From a virus: DNA of 64,000 bases. Shown piece after piece: positions 54,149 to 61,885 of this stretch. The position numbers and the translations under genes are program-made. Every line of letters begins with the position of its first letter. The stretch's first letter is position 1. Below the pieces are notes generated by a model that was not told the DNA's origin, ran no database searches, and saw only the letters and a list, made by a program, of their open reading frames with translations. The stretch lies in IMG/VR virus record IMGVR_UViG_3300037423_001065, positions 34,103 to 98,102 of that record. One strand, 5' to 3'.

Positions 54149-56268
54149 GCGGAAGATACAAGCCGCACGGCGGCGGCCGCGGCAACCCGCCGCCGCGCAA
54201 GCCCGACCTGCTCGCGTTCATGACCTCCGGCCTCGAGGAGACCATGGCCGCGATCGAGGAGGCGACCGGCGTCAACCGCGAAACCCTGGTGATCGCCGAC
54301 GGCGTGACGTTCCGCCAGTGGTGCGAGGACCTGGGCTCGAAGGGCCTCAAGGTGGACGGCAAGCCGTTCCGCCTGGACGACCGGCCGGCCATGGCGTGGG
54401 TCTATGACCAGGTGCCCGGCACGATCGACCAGGCGTACCGCTACATGCTCGTGATCATGAAGTGCGCCCAGGTCGGGTTCACGGTCATGGAGATGCTGGC
54501 GACGATCTACCTGGGCCTCAAGTTCGGCCGCAAGCTCGGACAGTGCACGATCGGCATGTTCCTGCCCGACATGAACCTGGCCGGCGTCAAGTCGACCGAG
54601 CGCTTCATGCCCGTGGTGCGCAGCGTGCCCGAGGTGCACGCGCTCATGACGCAGGACGCGCCCGACGGCAGCGGCCGCAAGCAGGGCGAGGGCAACGTCA
54701 ACCGCCGGCGCATCGACTCCGCGCTGTTCATCTTCTCGTGGACCAGCGGCCGGGCGACGACCGAGTCCATCCCGATGGACGTGCTGTCGTTCGATGAGGT
54801 CCAGGAGATGACCCTGGACCAGATTGAAAAGACGATCGAGCGCCTGTCGGCGTCGCCGCTGCGCACGCTGCAAATGGGCTCGACGGCCAACTGGCCGGAC
54901 GCCGACATTGACCACTGGTACAAGCGCGGCACGCGGTTTCGCTTCCACACCCGCTGCAGGACGTGCGGCAGCATGAAGCCGCTCGATGACTATTTCCCCG
55001 AGTGCATCCGCCTGGACAAGGAGCGCGACACCTACCGCTACGTGTGCCCGAACGGCCACTGGATAGACGACAGCCAGGACGGCGAGTGGATCGCCGAGCA
55101 CCCGGAGCGCGACCCGGGCCCGCAGCTCGACGTGCCGCTCAAGGACCGGCGCCTGCGCATCCGCTCGATTCACTTCCCCCAGTTCCTGTCGCCCACCATC
55201 AGCCCCGAGGAAATTCTGTCGGCCTACAACACGGCGACCGACATGAAAAACTTCTTCAACCGCAAGCTGGGCAAGCCGTACCTGGACCCGAGCCAGGTCC
55301 CGGTGACGCTCGAGCACCTGGCGGCGTGCGTGGAGGCCGGCAAGGCCGCCGGCGTGAAGTGGAAAACCCGCGGCAAGGGTTGCTACATGGGCATCGACCA
55401 GATGGGCAACTTCAACGTCGTCGTGATCAAGGAGCGCCTGGCCGACGGCCGCCAGGCCGTGGTGCACGTCGAGATGATCTACAGCGCCGACCCGTTCGCG
55501 CGCTGCGACGAGCTCATGGGCGCCTTCGGCGTCGCCGTGTGCGTGGTGGAAATCAACCCGAACTACAACGACGCGAAGCGCTTCGCGAACCGCTGGCGCG
55601 GCCGCGTGTTCATCTGCGACAGCTTCGGCCGCATGGCGGAGGGCATGATCGCCTGGGGCGATGCGCCGAAGCTGGACGTGAGCGAGCGGCGCACCGACGA
55701 GGCCGAGCGCGACCGCTACACGCTCAAGATGGACCAGTACAAGTGCATGCAGGTGTCCATGGCGCGGTTCACCGCGAAGGAGCCGCTGTGCGTGTTCCCG
55801 GACCCGCAGGGCCTGGTGCAGGAGGTCAAGGAGAAGGGCATCGCCCAGACCGCGGCCGTGCTGCCGATCGCGTTCACCCACTTTACGAAAACCGCCCTGG
55901 TCGCCGAGAAGGACGAGGAGACGAACCAGTTCAAGCGGTCGGTCAAGAAGATCGGCATTGACCCGCACTTTTCGTACGCCAACATGCTGTGCGACGTGGC
56001 CTGGGCGCGATCGCACGGCACCGCGACGTTCCTCATCCCCGACACGGAAGGACCTTCCATGGAACCCGCCGATCAACTCCGGCGCGCCGGCATGCCCGAG
56101 ACCGTCGCCCAGATGGTGGAGGCGCAGTCCCAGGGCCTGGCCGACACCTGCGGCAACTGCGCGGCCGCGTACAACGACGATGGCGAGTGGACCGGGCGGT
56201 GCGCCGAGCGACACTTCGTCATCCGTAAGGAGCTCGCCGCCTGCCCTCTTTTCCTGACCAAGTCGTGA
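54145..56268 (+). CDS. Terminase large subunit, GpA-like (707 aa)
   Basis: IMKCAQVGFT deviant Walker A; LSFDE Walker B; Zn motifs; FFNRKLGKPY; MGID nuclease; DPHF. Confidence 0.93.
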   Translation: MSGRYKPHGGGRGNPPPRKPDLLAFMTSGLEETMAAIEEATGVNRETLVIADGVTFRQWCEDLGSKGLKVDGKPFRLDDRPAMAWVYDQVPGTIDQAYRYMLVIMKCAQVGFTVMEMLATIYLGLKFGRKLGQCTIGMFLPDMNLAGVKSTERFMPVVRSVPEVHALMTQDAPDGSGRKQGEGNVNRRRIDSALFIFSWTSGRATTESIPMDVLSFDEVQEMTLDQIEKTIERLSASPLRTLQMGSTANWPDADIDHWYKRGTRFRFHTRCRTCGSMKPLDDYFPECIRLDKERDTYRYVCPNGHWIDDSQDGEWIAEHPERDPGPQLDVPLKDRRLRIRSIHFPQFLSPTISPEEILSAYNTATDMKNFFNRKLGKPYLDPSQVPVTLEHLAACVEAGKAAGVKWKTRGKGCYMGIDQMGNFNVVVIKERLADGRQAVVHVEMIYSADPFARCDELMGAFGVAVCVVEINPNYNDAKRFANRWRGRVFICDSFGRMAEGMIAWGDAPKLDVSERRTDEAERDRYTLKMDQYKCMQVSMARFTAKEPLCVFPDPQGLVQEVKEKGIAQTAAVLPIAFTHFTKTALVAEKDEETNQFKRSVKKIGIDPHFSYANMLCDVAWARSHGTATFLIPDTEGPSMEPADQLRRAGMPETVAQMVEAQSQGLADTCGNCAAAYNDDGEWTGRCAERHFVIRKELAACPLFLTKS

Positions 56269-56278
56269 TCCGAACCAT
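56262..56278 (+). promoter_or_regulatory. Variant late-promoter motif
   Basis: GTCGTGAT-ccg-AACCAT overlapping terminase stop. Confidence 0.5.
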
Positions 56279-56304
56279 GACGCCTTTCCAACGAAAGGAC
56301 CGCC

Positions 56305-57063
56305 ATGAACACGATGCGATGGGTGCTGATCGACCGCAGCGCCGGCGCCAAGACCTCCGACGGCTCGCAGCTATCCGCCGCCGTCCTGCAACAAATCGCT
56401 GACGCCGTCCAGGCGCAAATCAACGGCGAGTTCTCGGCCGAGTGGGGCGCGCAGTGCTCGATTCGCGTCGCCGCCGACGCCCATGACGTGCACGCCGGCG
56501 AGTGGGCCTTCGCGTTCCTGCCCAGCCTGCCGGACGCGCCCGACGCCAGCGCCTATCACGACGTAAAGGCGGGCGTGCCGTACTCGCTGTGCGCCGTCAC
56601 GACCTGCGCGAGCCTGCTCGGACCCGACGGCATCAGCGTGGACGTGTCGCACGAAATCCTCGAGACGTTCGGCGACCAGGGCGCGAACCTGTACGCCTTC
56701 GATGGGCACGGCAAGCTGCACGCCGTCGAGATGTGCGACGCCGTCGAGATGCAGACGTACGTCAAGACGGCGAAGGACGGCACCGCGGTGCACGTGTCCA
56801 ACTGGCTCACCCGGGCGTTCTTCGTGCCTGGCGCCAAGGGCCCGTTCGACTACATGACGGCCGCCGGCATGCAGCCGGCCAGCAAGGGCCCGGCCGGCCC
56901 GTTCAAGACCGCGGCCGGCCACGGCGGGAACTACCAAATCGTCGGCAAGTGGGGCGGCACCGCCGGCCAGGTCACGGCGCACGAGCTCGTCGGCGCCAGG
57001 CGCAAGGGCGTGACACCGCACTGGAGCGCCCGCATGGCGAAGCGCATCGCGCGCGCGTCGTGA
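56305..57063 (+). CDS. Putative metal-dependent hydrolase (252 aa)
   Basis: AYHD...SHEILE...EMCD motifs; AAGGA RBS. Confidence 0.6.
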   Translation: MNTMRWVLIDRSAGAKTSDGSQLSAAVLQQIADAVQAQINGEFSAEWGAQCSIRVAADAHDVHAGEWAFAFLPSLPDAPDASAYHDVKAGVPYSLCAVTTCASLLGPDGISVDVSHEILETFGDQGANLYAFDGHGKLHAVEMCDAVEMQTYVKTAKDGTAVHVSNWLTRAFFVPGAKGPFDYMTAAGMQPASKGPAGPFKTAAGHGGNYQIVGKWGGTAGQVTAHELVGARRKGVTPHWSARMAKRIARAS

Positions 57064-57072
57064 CCGCAACAT
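57057..57072 (+). promoter_or_regulatory. Late-promoter motif
   Basis: GTCGTGAC-cg-CAACAT. Confidence 0.7.
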
Positions 57073-57099
57073 GAGGTTTTCGGCAACGGGAACCGCACC

Positions 57100-57432
57100 A
57101 TGTCCTACTCCTTCACCGTCAAGGGCCGCACCGTCGCGAAGGCCCTCGAGAACGCCGCCGCGGCCTTCGACAAGATGGCCGAGACGCAGACCATCCACAA
57201 GCGCGATCGCGACGCGCACCTGGCGAACGTGTCCAACCTGGGCAACCTGCTGGGCGCCAAGCGCGACGACCAGGTCGTCGTGATCGCCATGAACGGCTCG
57301 CTCGGCTGGTCCGGCTCCTTCGATGAGAAGGCGCCCGAGAACGTGCTCATCACGAGCTCGAGCGGCAGCGCGTCGGTCTACTACACCGACGAGAACGCCA
57401 CGTTCCTCAAGGACGTGCAGGGCGAGCTGTGA
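57100..57432 (+). CDS. Hypothetical protein (110 aa)
   Basis: Good codon usage; follows motif. Confidence 0.7.
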   Translation: MSYSFTVKGRTVAKALENAAAAFDKMAETQTIHKRDRDAHLANVSNLGNLLGAKRDDQVVVIAMNGSLGWSGSFDEKAPENVLITSSSGSASVYYTDENATFLKDVQGEL

Positions 57433-57695
57433 TCAACCGCGTCCTGCTCGGCGCCATGGTGGCCCTCTGGTCACTGGCGTGCGTCGTGCTGGGCGCGGCC
57501 GCCTTCCCGCAGGCGCACGCGGCACCGGTCGAGTCCCCCGGCTCGGCCGAGCTGACAGTCGCCTTCCTGTGCGTGGACGGCAAGGCGGTGGGGATGCACC
57601 TCGCCGCCCCGACGGCAGGCTCATGGTCGATTCGCTTCGACCATGAGCTGTGCCGGCCGGCTCCCGCGCCGCGGCGTGTCACGCCGCTGTCGTGA
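57429..57695 (+). CDS. Secreted/membrane protein (88 aa)
   Basis: Signal-like N-terminus ending AHA; GTGA overlap. Confidence 0.6.
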   Translation: MINRVLLGAMVALWSLACVVLGAAAFPQAHAAPVESPGSAELTVAFLCVDGKAVGMHLAAPTAGSWSIRFDHELCRPAPAPRRVTPLS

Positions 57696-57704
57696 CAACA
57701 GGAT
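57689..57704 (+). promoter_or_regulatory. Late-promoter motif
   Basis: GTCGTGAC-aa-CAGGAT. Confidence 0.7.
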
Positions 57705-57753
57705 GCAGGTTCTCGTTGCATCGAGAACCATCCATCCTCCAAGGAGCCTCATC

Positions 57754-58074
57754 GTGAAATCACACCGCAGCATCTGGGCCGCCATCGCCGGCGCCATCAT
57801 CTTCGCCCTGTCCTGGCTGGACCCGGTCTACGATCGCGTCGCCGCCGCCTGGGAACGCGCCGTCGTCCGCACGCGCGACCTCTGGGAGGCCGCCTGCCTC
57901 AAGGTCAGCCAGGCGATCGACAAGGCCCTGAGCCTGTTCGCGCCCGGCGGCGTGTTCTCCGTGCACCTGCAGCGCCTGGCCGACGCCGTCAAGACGACCT
58001 ACCGCACCTGGCGCGACCGCAAGGCCGACCACTACCGCGCGCCGGGTTCCTGGGTGAGCTGCGCGAGCACCTGA
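57754..58074 (+). CDS. Membrane-anchored hypothetical protein (106 aa)
   Basis: AAGGAG RBS plus GTG; N-terminal hydrophobic helix. Confidence 0.65.
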   Translation: MKSHRSIWAAIAGAIIFALSWLDPVYDRVAAAWERAVVRTRDLWEAACLKVSQAIDKALSLFAPGGVFSVHLQRLADAVKTTYRTWRDRKADHYRAPGSWVSCAST

Positions 58075-58092
58075 CACCCGCCCCGCGGAAGC

Positions 58093-58121
58093 AAAAAGGC
58101 CGGCGAAACCCGGCCTTTTTT
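58093..58121. terminator. Bidirectional intrinsic terminator
   Basis: AAAAAGGCCGG-loop-CCGGCCTTTTTT. Confidence 0.85.
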
Positions 58122-58125
58122 CATG

Positions 58126-58141
58126 GTCGTGACCGCACTAT
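58126..58141 (+). promoter_or_regulatory. Late-promoter motif
   Basis: GTCGTGAC-cg-CACTAT right after terminator. Confidence 0.75.
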
Positions 58142-58177
58142 GGGGGCCTTCGATCGAACATCAATCCGGAGCGATTC

Positions 58178-58399
58178 ATGACCACTCCCACTCCCGCGAA
58201 GCAGGCCCGCCTCAATAAGACGAACAAGGTGAAGATCGGCGACGCGATGGCCGACCTGATCGCCGCGCACAACGACCTCAAGGCAAAGTTCATCGCCCTG
58301 GCGGCCAAGCTGGACGCCGACGCCGGCGTCACGGACACGAACTACTCCACGACCTGCGCGCCGACCATCGGCACCGTCAAGGACCTCGAGTCGCGCTGA
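58178..58399 (+). CDS. Small coiled-coil, possibly virion-associated protein (73 aa)
   Basis: GGAG RBS; LIAAHNDLKAKFIALAAKLD. Confidence 0.65.
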   Translation: MTTPTPAKQARLNKTNKVKIGDAMADLIAAHNDLKAKFIALAAKLDADAGVTDTNYSTTCAPTIGTVKDLESR

Positions 58400-58583
58400 T
58401 CCCCTCCTCGCGATCGCGCGGCGCCGGCGGCCAGAGCTGCACGAGCGCCGCGATGATCGCGAGCAGCAGGAGCTCGAGCACCTGCTCGAAGCCCAGGCGG
58501 TGCCCGTGCGAGTAGAGGTACGTCGTGTCGACGGCCGCGATGATCGCGCCGATGACGGCAAGGACGATGCAGAGGCTTCTCAT
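58377..58583 (-). CDS. Two-TM protein (68 aa)
   Basis: Hydrophobic; ATGA overlap. Confidence 0.6.
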   Translation of the reverse strand: MRSLCIVLAVIGAIIAAVDTTYLYSHGHRLGFEQVLELLLLAIIAALVQLWPPAPRDREEGISATRGP

Positions 58584-58978
58584 AGCCGCACTCCAGCCGT
58601 GTTCGCCACGGCATCAATGATCAACTGGTGGGCGTCCTGGCGGCGCCCGCATAGCGCCAGGAGCTGCGCTCGCTCGATCACGTCGGGCTCGATCACGCAC
58701 AGCTCGCTCCCCGGCTCGCTGGCGTCGCCGTCCATGTAGACCTTCTGGACGATCACCCGCGGCTCGCGCCGCTCGCCGTTGACGGCATATCCAAGGTCCT
58801 TCACGCGCTCGATGACCGCCTCGGCCGGGTAGGCGCTGAGCGGTATCGTGCGCGTGTCCTGGAGCGTGACCTCGAGCGCCTGGCCGTTGTCCCGCTGGCG
58901 CACCTGCACCAGCTCGTACTTGTGCGCCGGCCGCCTCACGCGCTGGCGCTCGCGGGCGCGCCTGGTGAAGATGCTCAT
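58580..58978 (-). CDS. Hypothetical protein (132 aa)
   Basis: AGGAG RBS; coupled. Confidence 0.65.
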   Translation of the reverse strand: MSIFTRRARERQRVRRPAHKYELVQVRQRDNGQALEVTLQDTRTIPLSAYPAEAVIERVKDLGYAVNGERREPRVIVQKVYMDGDASEPGSELCVIEPDVIERAQLLALCGRRQDAHQLIIDAVANTAGVRL

Positions 58979-59337
58979 GGCTTGCGCTCCTGCTCCTCGA
59001 GGAGCGTGCGCACCGGGTACCGCAGGGCCTCAGCGTTCTTGCGCTGCTGCTCCGCGTGCCTCGCATCCTGGCTCTGGCGCCAGGCCAGGTACTTGTCGAT
59101 AGCCTCGCGCGGCGTCTCGCCGATCAAGGACGGCCGGCCGGCGCTCGTCTCCAGGTCCAGGTAAAACTCGCCGTCGCCGATGACCGCCTCCGTCGCCGCT
59201 TCGATGCAGACGTAGCGCACGCCCAGGAAGTCGCCGCGCGACAGGTTGCCGGTGCGGTCGTACTGGCTGTAAGCCGCGAACGGGATGATCTGGATTCCCG
59301 CGGCCAGGGCCTCGAGGATTTCCTGGTCGGTGATCAT
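58975..59337 (-). CDS. Hypothetical protein (120 aa)
   Basis: Coupled; TPREAID. Confidence 0.65.
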   Translation of the reverse strand: MITDQEILEALAAGIQIIPFAAYSQYDRTGNLSRGDFLGVRYVCIEAATEAVIGDGEFYLDLETSAGRPSLIGETPREAIDKYLAWRQSQDARHAEQQRKNAEALRYPVRTLLEEQERKP

Positions 59338-59528
59338 GTGACCTTCTCCCAGATTTCATCCAGCCGCGCGACCTGGTTCGGCGTGAGGCTGAACCCCTTG
59401 GCGAGCCGGTCCTCGATGCTGTCGATGAACGACCGCTCCCAGTCGGACAGCTTCGACTCGCGCCGCTTGCAGTCCTCGATCATGGTCGGCCACTCGTCGG
59501 GCGTGCTGGGTTCGCCTTGCATGCTCAT
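59334..59528 (-). CDS. Hypothetical protein (64 aa)
   Basis: LSDWERSFIDSI..LTPNQ..LDEIW. Confidence 0.7.
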   Translation of the reverse strand: MSMQGEPSTPDEWPTMIEDCKRRESKLSDWERSFIDSIEDRLAKGFSLTPNQVARLDEIWEKVT

Positions 59529-59965
59529 AGGCCGGCGTCGGCGATTCGCGCCGCACTGATGGCCGACTTGCCGCCGCCCAGGGCCGTGACGGCCGCCTGG
59601 TGCTGCGCCTTCGTCAGCTTGATGCCCAGCCGGCGCGCGGAGCGCGCGAGCTCCTTCGCCGCGTACTCGCGATCGCGCCGCCGGGCGCGCTCCTCGAGCA
59701 CGGCCTGCTGGCGCTTCAACGACTCCGCGGAGATGAGGCCCAGCTTCACCAGGCCGCGGAACGTGGCGTTGTAGCTGTCCACGGCGCCGCCGAGCGACAG
59801 GTTCGAGCTCACCTCGCTGCTGTATATACGGCCGGCCGCATCGGTTCCGACGATCACGCCGCTGCGCGCGCCGACCACCTTGACCAGGGTGAACCCGGTC
59901 GATTTCTTGTGCGGGAACGGGCGAACGATCACGTCCTCGATCGCCAGCTTGTCTTTCTTCGCCAT
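59525..59965 (-). CDS. Hypothetical protein (146 aa)
   Basis: GAGGAG RBS. Confidence 0.7.
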   Translation of the reverse strand: MAKKDKLAIEDVIVRPFPHKKSTGFTLVKVVGARSGVIVGTDAAGRIYSSEVSSNLSLGGAVDSYNATFRGLVKLGLISAESLKRQQAVLEERARRRDREYAAKELARSARRLGIKLTKAQHQAAVTALGGGKSAISAARIADAGL

Positions 59966-59974
59966 GGTTCCTCC

Positions 59975-61180
59975 TCAGAATGGCAGCTCGTCGTCCTCGA
60001 GCCGGTACGCGACAATGTCGGCGCACGACTTCCACGGCCGCGACCAGGCCCAGCGCATGCACTCCGGCTGCTCGACGCGCTTCTCCTCGCCGTCGCGGAA
60101 GCGCACCGTCACCGGCGTGCGGTGCGCGACCGGGCAGCTCGGCGGGTTCTTCGGGTCGTACACCTGGCCGTCCCACCGGTACCAGACGCCGGTCTCGTGC
60201 GGCTCGTCGGCGTGCCGCTGGCGCGGGCCGATCGAATGCAGGAGCCGCTGCTTCTCGGTCATCCAGGCCGTCAGCGGGAACGCCTGGGGCTCCCACGGCG
60301 GCACCGCAATCGGGATGTGCAGGGTGTGCCCTTCGGGCGCCTTGATGGTCAGGAACAGCTTGTCATCGCTGCGGCGCAGCCCGATCGAGCTGATGTGTGC
60401 CATGACCTGTTCGGTGAAGCGCCAGGCATTCCATTCCGACTCGCGCGCGGCGAGCGCTTCGCGGGCCCAACTCTCCTCCTCGCTCATGCCGCCGGCGAGC
60501 TGCTTCGGCTCCTCGCCCTGGCGGGTCAGCCAGGTGTAGAAGCCGCGCACCTGGGCGCCGATGCGCGCGAGCTCGTCGCTGTCGATCGGCGAGTCGGTCG
60601 CGCGCACGGCCATCGCCAGGCCGTCGAGGTAGCGCTCCACGATCGGGAAGTCCGGGAAGCCCTTGAGGCAGTTGTCGATGATGCCGCGGGCGTCGGCCTC
60701 GCAGCGCGCGTCGCGCGGGTCGATCGCCGGCGCGGGACCGCGCGAGTAGATCGGCCACACCGCGAGCTCGTGCCCGGGCGTGTAGATCGCCATGTCGCGC
60801 TCGGCGTCCTTGTGGTGCTGGCGCACCGGGAATTGCATGACCCACTGCTCGCTGGCGTCCTTGCGCGCGAACACCGCGAAGCCCTCGATGCGCAGCTCCG
60901 GCTGCGGCGGTGCCGCGAAGTCCGGCGCCTTGCCCAGCGGCGGTTTCCAGAGCTGGCCGCCGTTGTACGTGTAGCGCAGTTGGTGCATCGTGCGCATCGC
61001 GGCCTGGGCGGCCTGCTTGCCGGGCTCCCCAGGCGGGAGCCAGCCGCGCGACTCGAGGTATGGCGCCAGCTTCGCGATGAGGTCGTCGGCGGGCATGCTC
61101 ACGTCCATGCGCTTGATGTTCTCGAGCGCCAGCATGACGCGGTCGCCGCTGGTGTCGGGTTCGGCTAGTTCGATCGGCAT
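59975..61180 (-). CDS. Mosaic hypothetical protein ending DDELPF (401 aa)
   Basis: YTYNGGQLWKPPLG and CPV..VRFRDG..DIVAYR modules. Confidence 0.7.
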   Translation of the reverse strand: MPIELAEPDTSGDRVMLALENIKRMDVSMPADDLIAKLAPYLESRGWLPPGEPGKQAAQAAMRTMHQLRYTYNGGQLWKPPLGKAPDFAAPPQPELRIEGFAVFARKDASEQWVMQFPVRQHHKDAERDMAIYTPGHELAVWPIYSRGPAPAIDPRDARCEADARGIIDNCLKGFPDFPIVERYLDGLAMAVRATDSPIDSDELARIGAQVRGFYTWLTRQGEEPKQLAGGMSEEESWAREALAARESEWNAWRFTEQVMAHISSIGLRRSDDKLFLTIKAPEGHTLHIPIAVPPWEPQAFPLTAWMTEKQRLLHSIGPRQRHADEPHETGVWYRWDGQVYDPKNPPSCPVAHRTPVTVRFRDGEEKRVEQPECMRWAWSRPWKSCADIVAYRLEDDELPF

Positions 61181-61181
61181 A

Positions 61182-61535
61182 TCAGCGCTCCTGGTCCCGG
61201 CGGCCGGCGCGGATGCCCATGGCCTTCGTGCTGTCGATTTCCTGCATGCGCTCGGCGCTCGCGCGGCCGAAGGCCCAGGCGCACATGGACTCGGACAGGC
61301 GCGAGTCGCCCAGGTGGCCGCTGGTCATCACGGGCGCGACTTCCGCCTCGGTGAGCAGGTCGTTCTGCACGATCACGTCGGCGCGCACGATCACGTGCAC
61401 GTCGGCGATCTTGTGCTTGATGCGGAGCTCCTGGAGTTCCTTGAAAAACGCCTGGAGGCGGTCGTCAATGACGCCGCGCGGCACCGGCTCGGAGAGCTCG
61501 CGGTACCGGCTGGGGCTGTGGTCGAGGATCGGCAT
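61182..61535 (-). CDS. Hypothetical protein (117 aa)
   Basis: In operon, ATG 61535. Confidence 0.65.
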   Translation of the reverse strand: MPILDHSPSRYRELSEPVPRGVIDDRLQAFFKELQELRIKHKIADVHVIVRADVIVQNDLLTEAEVAPVMTSGHLGDSRLSESMCAWAFGRASAERMQEIDSTKAMGIRAGRRDQER

Positions 61536-61537
61536 GC

Positions 61538-61783
61538 TCAGTCCGCCGACTTGCGCGAGGGCCAGGCCGCCATGGCGTCGCGCGTGGCGATCGCGTCCCT
61601 GATCTTCGGGTGCTCGAAGCCGAGGGTCTTGACGTTGAGGTCGATCCAGCGCTGCACGACTTCGTCGGCGCTGGCGTCCTGCGCGCGGAGCACGAAAATC
61701 GGCTCGTCGTCGCCGCACTTCGGCAGGCAGGTGTCGTTGGTCTTGGTGTGGGCCTGGGGTTGGGCCTGGTTCGAGGTGGGCAA
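61538..61783 (-). CDS. Hypothetical protein (81 aa)
   Basis: AGGAGG RBS plus TTG; DEPIFVLRAQD motif. Confidence 0.7.
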   Translation of the reverse strand: MPTSNQAQPQAHTKTNDTCLPKCGDDEPIFVLRAQDASADEVVQRWIDLNVKTLGFEHPKIRDAIATRDAMAAWPSRKSAD

Positions 61784-61812
61784 AGTCGCCTCCTGGGGTT
61801 GATGGTTCCTCA

Positions 61813-61842
61813 ATTATGGTGCACTTGATCAAAAAAGCGCAA
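61813..61842 (-). promoter_or_regulatory. Sigma70-like promoter with TTGATCAA box in spacer
   Basis: TTGCGC-18-CATAAT; TTGATCAA at 61825-61832. Confidence 0.75.
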
Positions 61843-61863
61843 GACCGGATTCCAGCCGGCGTT

Positions 61864-61879
61864 GTCGTGACACTACCCT
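61864..61879 (+). promoter_or_regulatory. Late-promoter motif; leaderless start at 61886
   Basis: GTCGTGAC-ac-TACCCT-6 nt-ATG; no SD. Confidence 0.75.
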
Positions 61880-61885
61880 GCGGCC

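Noticed and set aside
9088-57696. GTCGTGAC as a stop-codon readthrough or recoding context (TCG TGA C)
   Set aside because: Most copies are not at in-frame stops, and the fixed-distance A/T hexamer fits a promoter better
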